A program made the translations under genes and the position numbers. 64,000 nucleotides of DNA from Daphnia carinata (taxonomy: Eukaryota), in NCBI RefSeq assembly GCF_022539665.2, contig NC_081333.1, positions 8,494,001-8,558,000 on the forward strand, read 5' to 3'. Of this stretch, positions 37,262 to 52,441 are shown piece after piece. Positions within the stretch are counted from its first letter, which is position 1; each line of letters begins with the position of its first letter. The notes below the pieces were generated by a model, which was not told the origin of the DNA, did not search any database, and worked only from the letters and a program-made list of their open reading frames with translations.

Positions 37262-38756
37262 CGTACGTCATCTTGATTCAAGTGTACGGGTATTAAAGAA
37301 GAAGAAATTGTTGGGGACATTCTTTTTCTTTTTCCCCAGGACTAGCTAGCACTGACGATACAATGGGTCGATGTTACGACGACAGTTATGTGTAATCAAG
37401 CCGGTACCGTTGTCTCGCGCCTTAGTCGATTTTTATCCCTTCCCCCTCCGCTCTTTCACTAAGACTAGCCAATACAGGACCATATTTGACTGGTAACAAA
37501 CGGATATGGAAAATGCAGTTATTTTCTACCGATCGTTTAATTTTATGACGATAAAAAAAGAAAAATGTTTTGTTTGTTTGTTTGATTGTAAAATTAAATA
37601 ACAATAGCGGGAAAAAAAAACGGAGGAGGGAACAACATTTTTCGATTTAACGATTCATTATCGTGCGCGAACATGCATGTCTCGACTGCTTGATTGCAGG
37701 GCTATTTCCCTCAAACACGGACGATGCATCAAACTCAATTACAAGCAATTCCCGCGTCTCTATTTCACGTTTTTCTTCTATCTTCAACTTCACCTTTTAT
37801 ACCACGAAATTCACATTTTGAAGGATAGCTCTCCCTTTTTTTTTCTTAATAAACGAAAAAAAAAAAAGCAAAAATAGAAGAAGCCTAAACATCGCGTTTC
37901 GTTGTCAGCAAAAGAAATCTCTTTTATTTTTTTTTTCTATCTCTCTTCGTGCGAGCATTTATTCTATTCGTTTCGCCCCACCGCAGCGTTCATCATGATC
38001 GTGATTACTGAAGATAGACGTGTAGAAGCGCTTTTTATTTTCCTCGGGACAAAAAAACGGCCACCCGGCGTGCGGTTGCGTCCCGCCAGTTATTCAAAAC
38101 ATCGCCATTTGTTGCCAAAATGCAGATAAATACCATCAATGTTTTTCGCGGAACGTTCACTAACCGCGATAGCCACCAACAGCTCGACCGAGCATAAAAG
38201 AGGGGAGTTAAAAAGAAGCAGACACATCCAATCGTTTACACGGCCGCCATCGCTAAAGAAAGATACAAGAGATTATGACACCAAAGTGATGGCGTTTGGC
38301 CGAAGCCACCCACGTGCGAAAAATATCAAATGGCGTGGAACGGGGTTGGGCTCTCGTACATCACTCCCCTGTAATATACTGTGTATGTGTTACACCGGGA
38401 AAAAAAAAAAAAAAAAAGCAAACGACCAACGACTTGTCAAAGTCCGCCGGCTCGTTCAAATTTTTAACCAATGTTTTTTTTTTTACAACGCTGTTCGGCC
38501 CGCCCGAGTTCCAAAGAAAAGGCAAAATGACCTAACTGCCAAAAAAGATAAGAAAGAAAAAAAAAAAAAAGGAAAGAAAAAAGGGGCACGTCTTTTCTGT
38601 TCCAGGTTATTGTTTACCGTGTGGAACAACGACACAAGAAGACTCGGGCGTTTTTCGTCTGGTTGGGTAATCACACCCCACCCCCCTCCACTCCCGGCGG
38701 CGGAAAGAAAAGATAATGACACGCATTCACGTACAAACCAGGGGGAATGCAAAAGG

Positions 38757-38787
<31 letters not shown>

Positions 38788-41700
38788 ATACAAGTCGCAG
38801 TATGGATGATGAGGTGGCCAAGTGTTATGCCCGGCCAGCCGAGAGTGCCAGTGAGTTAGGAAACATCAGAATAGTACTTAACTCTCGTCGGCACTCTCTT
38901 TTGCATACAGAAAAAAAGAAAAGAAATGTTCTTCTGATGTTTCCCGACAATTCAAAAAAATAAATCCCGAAACAATACACAAACCTATCGCACATTGTGT
39001 ACCATACGTGACGTATGTTTGCCATTATTAACGAGCGTTCTGTGTATATATGTATATACGCACACAAGGAACACAAAAGAAAAACAAAGCGATAAGAATA
39101 CGCGAGCCTAAGAAAAAGAAAAAAAAAAAAAAAAAAAAAGGAAGGACAGATAAGGAAAATGGGGATCGCTGTTATTAGCTGGGCATCTCTTCTTTTCTTT
39201 TCTTTTATCCGGGGAAAGAGAGTACAAGAGACTCAACATCGTCGTAATCACTACTGGCACCATCGTACAGGGAGTCTTGTTTGTAATTAGCCGTTGTTCG
39301 GCGGCGTGAAAGCCCGAACGAAGCATCGCTGCCTTCATATTTCTAAACACGGTCGACTTCGCTGAATGCAGCTGCTAATTGCAGAAAGCTGTCCGATTCA
39401 CACACGAAAATGCGATGGCCCAACATTTCGAGAATGTCTTGGAGTGCGTCTCGCCGCGCTATTCAATCTCATCATCCATTCACGCCAAGAAGACGCGACC
39501 AGTTGTTGTGGAATGCCATCGCTCGTCCGTCTCTATTGTACCCAAACTGTCTCTTAACTATAATATACACCCCGACGATGGGTAAAGTAGATCGAAGTTG
39601 ATCCTAGTTGTGAGAGACGGGTCGATATAAATATAACAACATTAAAAAAAAAAAAAAAAAAATAAAGAATTTTGTCCGTTAAAAAAGGGAAGCCCGCCGC
39701 AGGATTTGAACACGAAACTACTGCGCCCGTTTTGACAGATAGATCAAGACCGGTTTTTCCTGTCAGTCTTCCTTCACCCCTCTCACTCTTGTACACGTCG
39801 TTGCATTGCGCTACCAATATGGAAATACAGTCAGCTAAAAAAAAAAAAAAAAAAAAGATACGGCATAGTCACTCTTGACATAGAGCTCATCTTGCATACG
39901 ATGAATATTCGATCAGACGGTATAGAAAAAAAAAAAATAATAAAACGATCCGACCAGAAATTTATAATTATAGAGAGAGCCACAACACTCTGAAAATGAA
40001 GCCTGGGACGCAAACGTTGTAGGCATTCCACAAAAGGTTTCTCCTTATGTGCATATGCACACATACATAGGTGTTGTGTGTGTGTGTGTGTGTGTGTGTA
40101 TACAGAACGGTTGATTGCGTTCGTCTGCGTCATAGTTGAAACCAAAGACGGCTGGATATTTTCCTTTTTTTTTTTTTTTTTTCTCTTATCTTTCGTCTTT
40201 TCTTAGCAAGGGGTTTGTTTCTCTTATGCCGCCTGCTGCCGCCACCCAACCACAATTCATATTGTGGAGAGAGAGAGAAAAAAAAAGGGGGGGGGGAGAG
40301 GGAAAAGGTAAAAATAAATCAAGAAAAGTCAACAACGAAAACAACAACCACCAACCTCCGAATAAAAAAACAAAACAAAAAAGTGAAGACAAGCAGAAGA
40401 AAGAAGAAATTCTAACGAGAGCCCACCTTAAAGGAGAGATGATTATCGGATAGAGATCCGATTTCCCTGACGGATATCTTTTCTTTCTTTCTATTGGTCT
40501 TGGTATTTTATTTTATTTTATTTTATTTTTTTAACTCCGCCAAGTATGTGGGCAGAGACCCGAGCTGATTGTGCGCGAGATCGTTACGTTTGCAAAACAA
40601 CGTGAAACGCTACAGAAATGTACGAGGAAAAATAGCTAACTTCCCTAGAGCTTTCTCGTCTTGCTTACTTTTCTTCTAAGGGTGTATTTGAATAATTGAA
40701 TCAAGAAGAAAACATCACCATCATCATCATCGTCCAGATCAAAAGAAATTTTATGCGCATTTTTGCTTGGCATTCACGCGCGGATTTCACCGTCCGGCGG
40801 GGTTTCTAATTTCGAAAGAAGGGCGTCCCATCCCATCCCACAGATGGTCTCGTTATCTTAATCGAGCAATTCGTCAAGCACACGAAAACAAAACAACAAT
40901 AGAGAAAGAAAAGAAAAAGAGGGAGAGGCACAAATGAATAGCTAAATTGCTATATCGAATTATCAAAAAGATTTCGGGCAATCGAAACGTTTTTACAACA
41001 AGCGTACGAAACGCGAAACAAAAGCGCAAAGAAACTTGACCGACAACAACAACAAAAAAAAGGGGGGGGGGGAGGAATTCAAATGAACCGTGACGTTGGC
41101 AAGGGCCTTTAGAATTGGATTCGAACGAGAAAGGAGGGCAGAGGACGATTATTGTCCTCAAACATTGTCCCCACAGCAATTCCTTGTCGCGCCCAATCGT
41201 CCCCCGCATGAGGGCACCATTGAAAACAAAAACTTTGCGTCTCATATTCCTCGGGCGTCTCTCATTTATATTTCGGGAAAAGAATTAAATAAATAAATAA
41301 AAAAAAAAAAAAAAAAAGGAAAGGGTCCGCGTGCCCATCACGGTCGTCAAATGGGATGGTATAGGATTTCAATCAGCTTGATTCATAATGAATGATGACG
41401 GCAGTAAAGATTGTCTTAGATTGCGGGCTCCGATTGATCGATGGTCAGTCACGGACTAATGTGTTGAATTTAATTTCAACTTTGTTTTCGTTTCGTTTCG
41501 TTTGGCGATCGTTAACGACTTTTCGAGCTTCGTCCCGACGGAACGAGGAAAAAAAAAAAGAAAAAAAAGAAGACAAAAATGGGAAATGTTTTAAACAAAG
41601 TCCCGCATTTTCTATCCGCCTTGCTCGGCCTTCTCCGGCATACGTTTAAGACACTCGCCCATCTTTGGATTGATAATCATCTAAAAGCTGATAATTATGC

Positions 41701-43813
41701 AGCTAAAAGAGAAGGGCATTTTGGGCAAGTGAAAGATTGTCGCACTGATTACATCCCTAATTCCTCGGCTATTTAAGAACGGTTGGGGAGATCCAACGAT
41801 CCGATAAAATAGCGGACGAAGAAGAAAAACCGCATCGAGCGATGCATCTTCCCTAACTTCACATTTCACCAGCTGTTGGCCTTTCACCGAAAATTAAAAC
41901 TTGTTCAAATAGCAACGCAACACGAGCCGCTTGATGACTGATGATTACAGTTCGTCTTTATTTACTTTAACAAAAACTTGTAAACATTTTTTTTTTTTGT
42001 TTTGTTTAAATTCAAATTTTCGTTTTAAGATTGAATAAGACTCCTATAAAAGAGGATGCTCATCATTACGGGGTTGGTAGTCACTCATCACTTTAAAACC
42101 AAATGTCATAAGAAAGAAAGAAAAAAAAATACGTTGGGGCTGACCGCACTTGTTCGAATGTTGGGCATATTTTTTTAAAGGATTTAAAACATAACGGGGA
42201 AAGAGACGGAAAGGCGTATTTCTTAATTTTCTGGTTTTTTTTTAATTTTTTTTTAATTTTTGGAACTGTCATGCACCGTCACCGGACATGTCGCCGCCAC
42301 TCTTCGTCGCAATCGGCGCGCACGCGTGTCTATGGGCGATGAGGCTGACTGGGACAGAGCAACAGACGAGTGAAGAAAAAAGAAAAACGAATTCGAAACC
42401 ACTGGTATTAACGTCGGCGGTCGCTATTCAAACGTAATAACATGCCTCGATAGAAGATTGGGAGGCTGGGCCTTCATTTTCGTTTTCATGTTCACCTTTC
42501 CCGCTTTAATTTTTTTTTTTTTTTCTTTTTCTTGGGAAGGATAAAATATATACATATATATATATATATTTTTTTTTAAGAAAAAATAAAAACAGTCCAC
42601 AGTCTGAACTTTCTTTTATTTTTGTTTCGGTTTGATGGATTTTGTTTTGGTTACGAAATGTTTCCCCCCCCCCCCCTTTAACTTCTTTATTTCGTTGGAC
42701 GTGTGGTTCATCATTATCCCCAAAGTGTTGAAAGACGATCGGGAGATTCAAAAAGGAGGGCCAAAAGGCTAGTGATGGTGTTGGTAGTAGTAGTAGTAGT
42801 AGTGGTAGTAAAATGAAATATAATAAAATAGGTCCTAGTGGGAATTGATTCACGACTTTTGGATGCGGTTCGGTCACGACGCGCACGCAACACCTCGGCC
42901 TTTAAGAGAGTTGGCTAGTGGTGGCTATCTCTTTCATCACGCTCCACTTCCGCGCTCGCTCTTCCGCAGCCTTTCATTTTTTTTTTTTTTTTTCAAAAAT
43001 AACATTCTACCCTCACCAAGGGCATCTTACGCTTACGTTTTTTCATCTTCATTTTCATTCCCACGTTCCCGCGTTCACGATCTTTCCTTTCTTATTCCAT
43101 CAGGCTGAACCACTAATAACCCGAGGCTGATCATCCGATATCTACGCAGGTCTATTTATATATGAAAGTAAGTAATATTACGGTATCATATAAGGCGCAG
43201 CAGTTGTCTGAGTGCTCTGTGATGAGCCTCACGTACGTTAAAGTTTTGACTGTAAGAGAGAAAAGAGAGATGGAGGAAGAAAAAAAAAAAAAAAAGAAAA
43301 AAGGTGAGTGATGGGCGAGACTGGCAGGCGATAGATATAGACAGCGCGCGCTAATGCATAATCCATAAGACACCTCCTCCAGCGCTGGGCTCCTTCATAA
43401 CGCCGAGTTCCTTTTGCTTTTTCAATGTTCGGTAGATTGAAAGATGAAGCGGCGGGGATGGAGGTGGACACCGCACTGTCAGTTTCCCCATTGCGCCATG
43501 TGAGGTCTTCTCTATATCATCCAATGATACAATACAAGCAAGCAGAAAAAACTTATTTCACGGCCTCAAGGAAAGCCAACTTTTCTTTCTTGTGTGTGTC
43601 TGTCGATTCAGTATAATAGCTATCAATGTTATTTCAAAGGATAAAGCGTTTAAAAAAAAAAAAAAAAAAAAGAGGACCGCTCTTGAATTCGCTTCGGTGG
43701 ATCCGTTTTTGAATATTTCGAGAAGGAAATCGGAAATTCAAGAGAATTGTGTCGAATATAAAGAAAGAAAACAAAAAATGTCATGTACGATGTTTGTTGT
43801 TGCGCCGGTTCCA

Positions 43814-43847
<34 letters not shown>

Positions 43848-45153
43848 TTTGAGCCTGTCCCCCCAACTATGAAAGATATATTCAGTCTCCAGGTGAGACG
43901 CTGCTTGCCGACTGTGCCTCTTCAAGTTCTGAAGCGATGCATCGCGTTGAAACGACCCCACACTGCGGAGCTTCACGGAGCACTGCTCTCAGTATTTATT
44001 TATTTATTTTTTTTTTAAATAAAAAAAACCTTTTTTTTTTTTTTCTTTTTTGACCCCCCAAAATCTAGTTTAAGAGGTCTTGAACGGAGTTCCACACGAT
44101 ACAAAAAAAAAAAAAAGAAGAAGAAAAATGTACACTTTTAAAAAGAAAAAAAGAAAAGAGTTGAAATAGTTTGAGGATTCTAATCTTTACTGTCTGCATC
44201 GCCACAAAAAGATGTCCATAACTAAAAAGAAACATCAACTTAGCGGTCCGTTATAGTGCATCGACAAGTTTTTTCTTCTAATCTATTCCTCGCAGTTTTT
44301 TTTTTTGCGTTCGAAGAAATCTCGGGACCATTTTAGCATTTTTTTTTTTTTTTTAATGGACCTGTTAACGACACGGCAACCCGACTGCGGCCACAGGGTC
44401 GTCCGCGCTAATAGTAATTGCCAGCGTTTGAAAATACAAAAATAGTTGTTGCCTTTTCCACCATATTAGCGGATGGCGTGTGAGATGCAACATGTTTTTT
44501 TTTTTGTTTTTTTTTAGCGGGACATTGGAAGAAAAAAAAAAAAAAATTTCCCCCCAGTTTCCAGAAAGAGAAACACATCGTCATCTCGCCGCTGTTGTTG
44601 TTGTTCTAAATGAAGCTAATCAGCCGAAACGGGTCGGACCTCACAGGCATAACATATTAAATATATGGTAGTGCTAGTGTAGTAACACAAGAAGTACACG
44701 TTTGGAAAAAAAAAAAAAAAAAAAAAAAGAAAGAACGGCCTTCGTCTGTTGCACGCCACGTCGACAACACGGAACGAAGGAGAAGAAGAAAACAAAAACA
44801 TTAACCCCCCCCCCCTCCCGTTACATTCAAAAGGCGGCCGGACCAGCGCTCGTCGAGCCGAGCGCCAGGTGTAACTTGGTGAACACTAGAAAAAGAGAGA
44901 AATCCTTTTCTCTGTTCGTTTCTTCAGTTTTTTGGTTTTTTTTTTTTTCAAGCAACGACTTGTATGTTGTTGTGCCTTTCGGGCACCTATTTCTCTCGTT
45001 GTGGGGATAAGCCAAAAAGAAAAAAAAAAAAAGAAGAGTCAAATTAGCCCGTCAGAGAGATGAGACAGGTAGCTCACTCATAGTTCAGACGACTATCGTA
45101 GAGGACCCATGAAAAGAAAAGATGATTACAAGTCCTTACAAGAAATCGCTTCG

Positions 45154-45192
<39 letters not shown>

Positions 45193-48100
45193 TCTCTCTT
45201 TTCCCCACATTTTTTTTTCTTCTTATTTTCTTGTCTGACGGACATTTAACACATTGGCCCAAAACACGAAACGGAGTTTAGTCACGCATAAACGACATTT
45301 CTTTTTTTCCCACACTATTGAGACCATTAGGTTTTTTTTTTTTTTTTCAACAAGAAAATCGGGAGAGTCACAGATGGTTGACAATTTCCACACCATTTTC
45401 CAAAATATGTTTTGGGTGAAAAAAAAAAATGGTCTTCGTGATCTATCCTTTCAAATGTTGTCTAGTCATGTCGATTTGTGGTGCTACAACAGCACCTTTC
45501 GCTAGCGGAAAAAAAACCCCAAAAAACATGAATGCCAAACAACAACCACCACCAGATACGTTCCCTTCTTCTTGCGTTGATCGAAAAGAAAAAAAAAAAA
45601 CAAAAAAAAAACTAGGCTAACGTTCGGAAAAGAATTCCGAACACAACAAAAATAAAAAAACTTCAAACTTTTTGAAACGAGGAAGATGGAGCACGGGGTA
45701 GGGACTTTGACAAATGGCCGTGTAGGGCCTTGACATTTCCTGATATTTCATTTTTGATTCTATACAGAAAGCCGTACTAATAAAAGAAAATAAAAATAGG
45801 CATCCTGTTTGTATGGTGTTATTTCCGTTGCCGTTTTCATTGGGACATAACAACCGTAGGATGAAACGAGGAAAGAAAAAAAAAAAAACAAAAAAAAAAA
45901 AACGTGCGCAACAACATAGAAGTCGGGATTAAAAAGCACCGCAATATATTATTTCTACACAAGGGACACGAGAACTATTTTTTTTTTTTTTTTTTCCTCT
46001 CTTATAATCCGCTCAATGTGGCAAAACGAAGAGAAATAAATTCCCTTTTCACTTTTCCTTTTTCTCTTTCGAAAAACAGTTTGTATGGTCCATTCCCGTA
46101 CGGCAGCGGACAAGGACGTACAACTTCTTCTTTTGATACCCCCCCCCCCCTTCCTCCCGATGGCTATTCTGTTACTTTGTTAAGAGATTCAGTTCACACA
46201 CATTGCCCGGCATGAATCAAAAAAGAAAAAGAAAAAAAAAAAATTTTTTATCACAACGGGAGGTCGCCATCAAACCGAAAAACTCGTCAGATATCAAATA
46301 AGACTTTATGCTCTTCTTAGTGCTAACATAATAAGGGCAGACCAGTTCTCTCTTATTTTTTTTTTTTTTTGCCATCTTTATTAATGCCCCCCTCCAACTT
46401 CCACATTTTTTCCCCTCTTTTTTTATTGTCAATATACTGGGAATACTTCATCTATAGTAGACGGTACATAAACGAGATACCGGTTCTCTCACTTCATTTC
46501 GGCTAAAGAACATTTGAATATGTTTTCCCCCCTCGAGCGCTCTCTCTCTCTCTCACTTGTGATGTGACATAGTGTGACAGGCGTGGCGATATTTACACAC
46601 ACACACACACACACACAGGAAAAAAAAAAAAAAACGAGGACCGTTCGAAATGCTCAACACGTGTTGCATCCGGAGCTAGGACGGGCGACAATGGTTTCTG
46701 TTCAAGTATCGCATTGTCATGTTAACGAATAACGCGGCTGGACGGGGGGTGTGCTGACTGTGGCGTTTAAGAGTTTTCGACGTCATTTTCATTTTTCCCC
46801 GCTTTTAATTTAGGGGGAAATTCTTTATCGTTAAAGTGGAGGCTTTGATGGGCAATGGCAAAGAAAGAATGTGATGTTGACTTGCCGGTTAGCGAGAAAA
46901 CACGTTTCTATAATCGAACCGTTTGATTCAGAAAATGCGAGGCAGTGGATTTCAATTTGAAAACAAAAAAATATGGAGGGAATCGATGCCAAAGGGAACC
47001 GGCTTTTTTTTAACTAGTAGATATACAACTGCTTCAATTCTTGTTTTTTTTTTTTTTTTTTGGGGGGGGGGGAGGTTGTGTATCTACAAGGGTTGTTTAG
47101 TGACATTTCTAAACGAATCACAAAATGGAGAGAGAAATAAAGAGTCGTCGATGATGTTGAAATGCAAATGAGTCGTGCGTGGCGTGAGCGCTCGAGCGCA
47201 CCCATTCGGATGCATTATTCAACGCTTCCGAAAATTGTTGTTGTGTATAAATTGTTCATCTATCTCGTTCTCTTTTTAGCTGTTTCTCTCTCTCTCTCTC
47301 TTGAAACACCTTTTTTTTTTTTTTTTTTTCATTCCACAGCCTCTGTGCTTTGCTCGAATTTCACGCTGCATCACAGCAGTGATTGCCTGTCGAGATTGTC
47401 TGCAGCTGTCGGGGCGAATGTCTATCTGTGGAACATTTTCCCGTGTTCCCTCTCGTGATTGCATTTTGTTCCCTTAGTGTGTGCCTCTCCCATCCGCCCG
47501 ATTTTCTTTTTTTTTTTTTTTTTTTTTCAGAGTCTCAACCACAGCAATAGCCGACGCTTATAAGGGACTGATGGCGCAATTAATATGTTAATAATGGCAT
47601 TTGAACGGCTACTTTCGGTTATCTCGTCGTTCTTCTTTCGTCTCAACTATTCCGAAGAAAGAAAACAGGAAACCCGGGTACAATGCCGTGGGCTTCAACT
47701 CTACTGGAAATGTTACCAAAAAATAAAAGAGGATATCCATCATCATCAGTCGACAGGAATCCGGGAAACGGAAAACTCAAAAATCGAAAGAAGAAACTTC
47801 CTGTGGCACGTTGGATAAGAGTCAACTACCAAAACAACATCTTGATCTAATCGGCAAAAAAACAAAAAAAAAAACAAAAAAAGAAAAATGTCCTTTGTGA
47901 TGACTAACGCGAAGAATCATTCATGCGTACATTTGCACGCTACGGTAGTTTGCACGCGCAGTCGATCACAGCCAATGGCCATCGATGTGTCATCGACAGT
48001 CGTAAAAAGGTGAATATAAAAAAACAAAAACAAAAAAGGCTGCGTGTGGCTATTAGCATTTCTTTCTTTTTCTTTTTCGCTAATCGCTGTCAGAGGGGGG

Positions 48101-48926
48101 GGGGTTAGGTTAAAGAAAGATAGTTCAACGATAAGAACAGAGGGTAAAAAAAAAGAAAAAAAGAAAAAGTCAAAAATGGAATAAATCAACAATCCATCCG
48201 TCCACGAGTCCATCCATCATCAAAGAAAAGTGGACGGATACGCCCCCGGAGGTTTCCCAAAAACCCAACCGCACCTCTGCCGGTACTCGACGTAGACACG
48301 AAATCTATGCACAGTCTAGTACACAGTGTTCAAAAATTTTTGGCTTTCTTATCGGACATCTTAAAAGACAAGACTCCCCAGTCCCGAGATCGGCTGGTGG
48401 GCGTATATACGCACTACTGTATTTATGCAAATATATGTCAGACCGTGTTCTAAATAGATTCAAACGGCACATCCATCGAACCTCTCTTTGTTTTTTTTTG
48501 TTTTTTTGTTTTAAAAATGATAATAAAACAAAAAAATAAAATCACTCAGCAAGAAAAATCAAAGGGGGGGGGGGGGAGGGAAGAGAGGAGAAATTTCATT
48601 TGTTTTTCGAAAGCCAAGGGTGGTTGTGCGTAGTAGTGGATCGTCGGAGAAAATGTTTCTAGCGAGCCACGAAAAAAACGCTGCCATGATTCCGATCGAA
48701 TCATGTTACCATATACCGTGGCCAGCAAACCACCCGTCGAGATCGTTTACAAAGAATCTCTCTTTCTCATACTGAAATTTGACTTTTTTTCTCAACAAAA
48801 AAAAAAAAAAAAAAAAAAAAAGAAAACTATTCTAGAAGACGTGTCTGATACTCAAGAATCCTCCAACAACAGCTTGACTCCGGGCATCCCATTTGCTTAA
48901 GATTTTCATTTTATTTTTCGTTTAAT

Positions 48927-48957
<31 letters not shown>

Positions 48958-49357
48958 TATCTACAACTTAAAACTCTGTGTGTGTGTTGCTTCATTGACT
49001 CCCTGCCTATAAAGAGTTTCTGACACGGGTCAAAGTCAATTAAAGTGAATTAAAAGCCAAAATGAGGAGAACTGAAGGGGGAGAAACGTGCCCCCCCCCC
49101 AAAAAAAAAAGTAAGCATATAATAAACACGAGTTGTGACATGTAAAGTTTTTCTCTCTTTTTTTTTTTGTATGCGTTCAGTTATAAATGTCGACCGTGAT
49201 TCATCTGCCTACCCAAATATAAAGAGATAACGAGAAATATAACGTCATGGGGGGAAGCTGCCGGATCCCGAAGCCAGGGAAAAAACACGTGCGTGTCTCT
49301 ATATAACGCAACACACATTTTCAGTGAAGTCATACAGAACTCCACAACCTCTGGCCT

Positions 49358-49401
<44 letters not shown>

Positions 49402-51217
49402 CGTTTTTTCTAAAAAAGAAGACGGTCAACGGGCCTTCAAACAGGGAAAACGCGTATCACGCAAAAGAATACACACACACACACACACAGACAGTAGACA
49501 CACCACTGAAGGTTATTTAGAGTCTAGCCGTTTAACTGTATAAATAAATTTCAAAGGAAAAAAAAAAGGGGTGAAAAATGCGGCAGAAAGGGGAAACCCC
49601 ATTCGGTGTGTGTGTGTGTGTGCGTGTGTACTATACACATAAATAGGTAGTAGCGTGTGTTGGTCTAGTCGGAACAGTCATCTCTCTTTTTGTAAAGGGT
49701 AAAAAGAACACACACGTAGGGGTGAACATTCCCCAAATATAGGGCCCCCCCAAAAGTCAAATGAAGTAGAAACATGGTGAGGGGAAATGCAATTTGCACC
49801 GGCCTATTTCTTACTTTTTTTTTTTCAGGCTAAAATGCGTATAATAAGAACTCAACAAGAAATGAAAAATGACTTTGGAAAAAAAAAAAAAAAAGAAAAA
49901 AGAGCGGCTTTCTCTGCGCATATAAATTCAAAATCTATACGGAATACGGTGCCACACAACCCGTAAATAGTGTGAGAAATGAAATTGTTCGAAAAAAAAA
50001 AAAAGAAAAAGAAAAGAAAATAGACAGCTATACGACCTCAAGACGGCTATAGTTCATTCTTTCGCGCTACCATTATCGTGAAACAAACTAACGCGAACGC
50101 TCATCAATTTCGCGTTCAGGTGTACCGTTTTTGTCCCGCTGTTTTTTACCGAAAACATCGTTTAAAAAAAAAAAAGAAGAGTAACAAATTCAAATGAAAT
50201 ACGCGATTGCCATCGACGAAAATAAAAAAAAAACACTCAAGGCACGGCGCGTGATGCAGGAGTTTCCCGAATGCCATCGAAATAGGAAACGAATAACAAT
50301 AAATCGCGAGAGAGAGAGAGAAAGAAATTGAAAAAAAAAAACAAAAACCCCAAAAAACCAAAAAGATAAGCGACTAAAAAGTCCATTGTCACGCAGAAAA
50401 AAAAAAAAAAAAAAGGCGGGTGCTATTGAACTATCAAAACAAATCACGCCGATTCTAAGGTGGTAGTTTGTTGTTGTTGTGTTTTTAGAAAAAAAACAAA
50501 CAAAAAAACAAAAAACAACGGAAGGTTGCCGTCAACAGTGGCTTACGTATATACCTTGTTAACTTGCCATCCCCTTCATCGACTGATTACGCAACTCCGT
50601 CCCGCTCGAAAAACAAAAACAAAAAAAATAATAATAATAAGAAAATAATGATACGTTCTCGATCCTTTCCCTGTGGCTATTTATTTTTTTTCTTAACCGA
50701 AAAATTGACTCCCGTTTGATGATTATTCGCCATCACGCACAAACTCTAAAGGCGCGTTCCAAACTGCCGACCCCTCCAGATATGAAAAATCATCGGCGAC
50801 CAAAAAGGCCCATCAGAAAACAAAACAAAAAAAAAAAGAACGGCAAGAAATGAGAAGCTTGTTTCTTCTTCTTTTCTTTTTTTTTTTTTTTCAGCAAAAG
50901 GAATAATCTTTTTCCTTCTCGGCTTCTTCCCTCCGTATAATTTACGAGCGCGCGGTCGTCTGCTGACGAGCAAAACAAAAAGGGCAAAAAGAAGAAGAAA
51001 GAAAACAACACATTCAACATTCTTTCTGTGCTGGACGACCCAGCACATCTCCTTCCTTTTTCCTCGTGCAGTATATTATGCATTTGTTGTTGTTTAGAGA
51101 TCCTTCGGTTAGTTTTTTTTTTTTTTTTTTTTTTTTTTTATTATTATTATTCTTTCCCCCCGCTCCTTTCAGTATAATTTAATTTCGTTTTATCGCTCCA
51201 CAGTTTTAACACTCTTC

Positions 51218-51248
<31 letters not shown>

Positions 51249-52405
51249 TGAGAAACTGCGAGACATCCGACGCTCAAGACGTCTTGATGCAGGTGGTCTC
51301 CGGCTCACTGACAATTCCAAAACTGATCTTCAATCTCGGGTCGAATGAGAAACGGACAAGAAAATTTCGGTTTTTTTTTTCTCTTTTAAACAGATGAAAT
51401 TACTTTTTTCTTCTTATTTTTTTTTTTTTTTTTTTTGTAAAAAAAAAAACCTAACACGAAAAGAAAAAAAAAAAAAAGAAAGGGCATGGAGGGTGGTCGA
51501 TGTTCGTGACAAAGAACAGCAGCTTCAGATCAGGAAGTTTTGGTCTCTTTTACTTTTCACATTTTCCCTATTTTCCCTATTTTTGAAACGGAGATTTTGA
51601 CTTAAACCGTCCAGATGTTGATATTGTTATTGTCCTTTATTTATTTATTTATTTATTAAGTGATACGGTTAGGCAGATAACTCGACAGGGTTGCTTTCTC
51701 GCACGCGCGCTCCTCTCCCTCCCTCATTTCTTTAACTCTTATTTCGAACTGTTGTTGTTGTTCCGCTTACCCATCCATCCAGCTGGACTGTGCAAGCAGA
51801 AGCCCAGAAGGAAAAAAAAAAAAACGCTGTAATTATAGAGCCATTGAAAAAATTTTTTTTTTTTTTTTTTTTGGTAGTTCACTTTTCTCTTTCATCCCCC
51901 CCCCCCCCCTCCTTACCACGTCTTTTCTATGTGCTCATAAAGGCCAAAAGAAAAAGAGAGGAGCATGACGCGGCTGGAATTTTTCAAACCAAAAATTAGA
52001 GATACAAAAAAAAAAAAAAAAAAAAAAAAGGGAAATAGAGACGGGAGCACGGCTGATTGACGGAATAGCAGTTTTGAAAAAAATAAAAATAAAAAAAAAA
52101 AAAAAGCCCCAAAGAGAGAGCCTCAGGTGACGTTTGGTGGTTTAAATAAAAAAAAAAAAAAAAAAAAAAGCCCAACATTTCCTTCGGCCTGCGTTACACA
52201 AACAGTGTCACTACCCGACTTCTGGAGAAAGAGAGAAAATAAGATGGGATTAGAAGATGACGGGCCAAATGTCAAGAAGGAACGGATCGTCGTTTATCAG
52301 CATATTAACGCTCCGACAGATTCTCTATACTAACACGGAGGACGAGCGTCGTCGTAGAATTCCGTCACGGAGAGTTTAAGTTGTATGGAAGAAGAAGAAG
52401 AATAA

Positions 52406-52441
<36 letters not shown>

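Noticed and set aside
38139..38963. 274-aa ORF and the many other short ORFs after 24.5 kb
   Set aside because: Poly-Lys/Phe and ER/SL runs come from homopolymers and microsatellites, with no domain signal.
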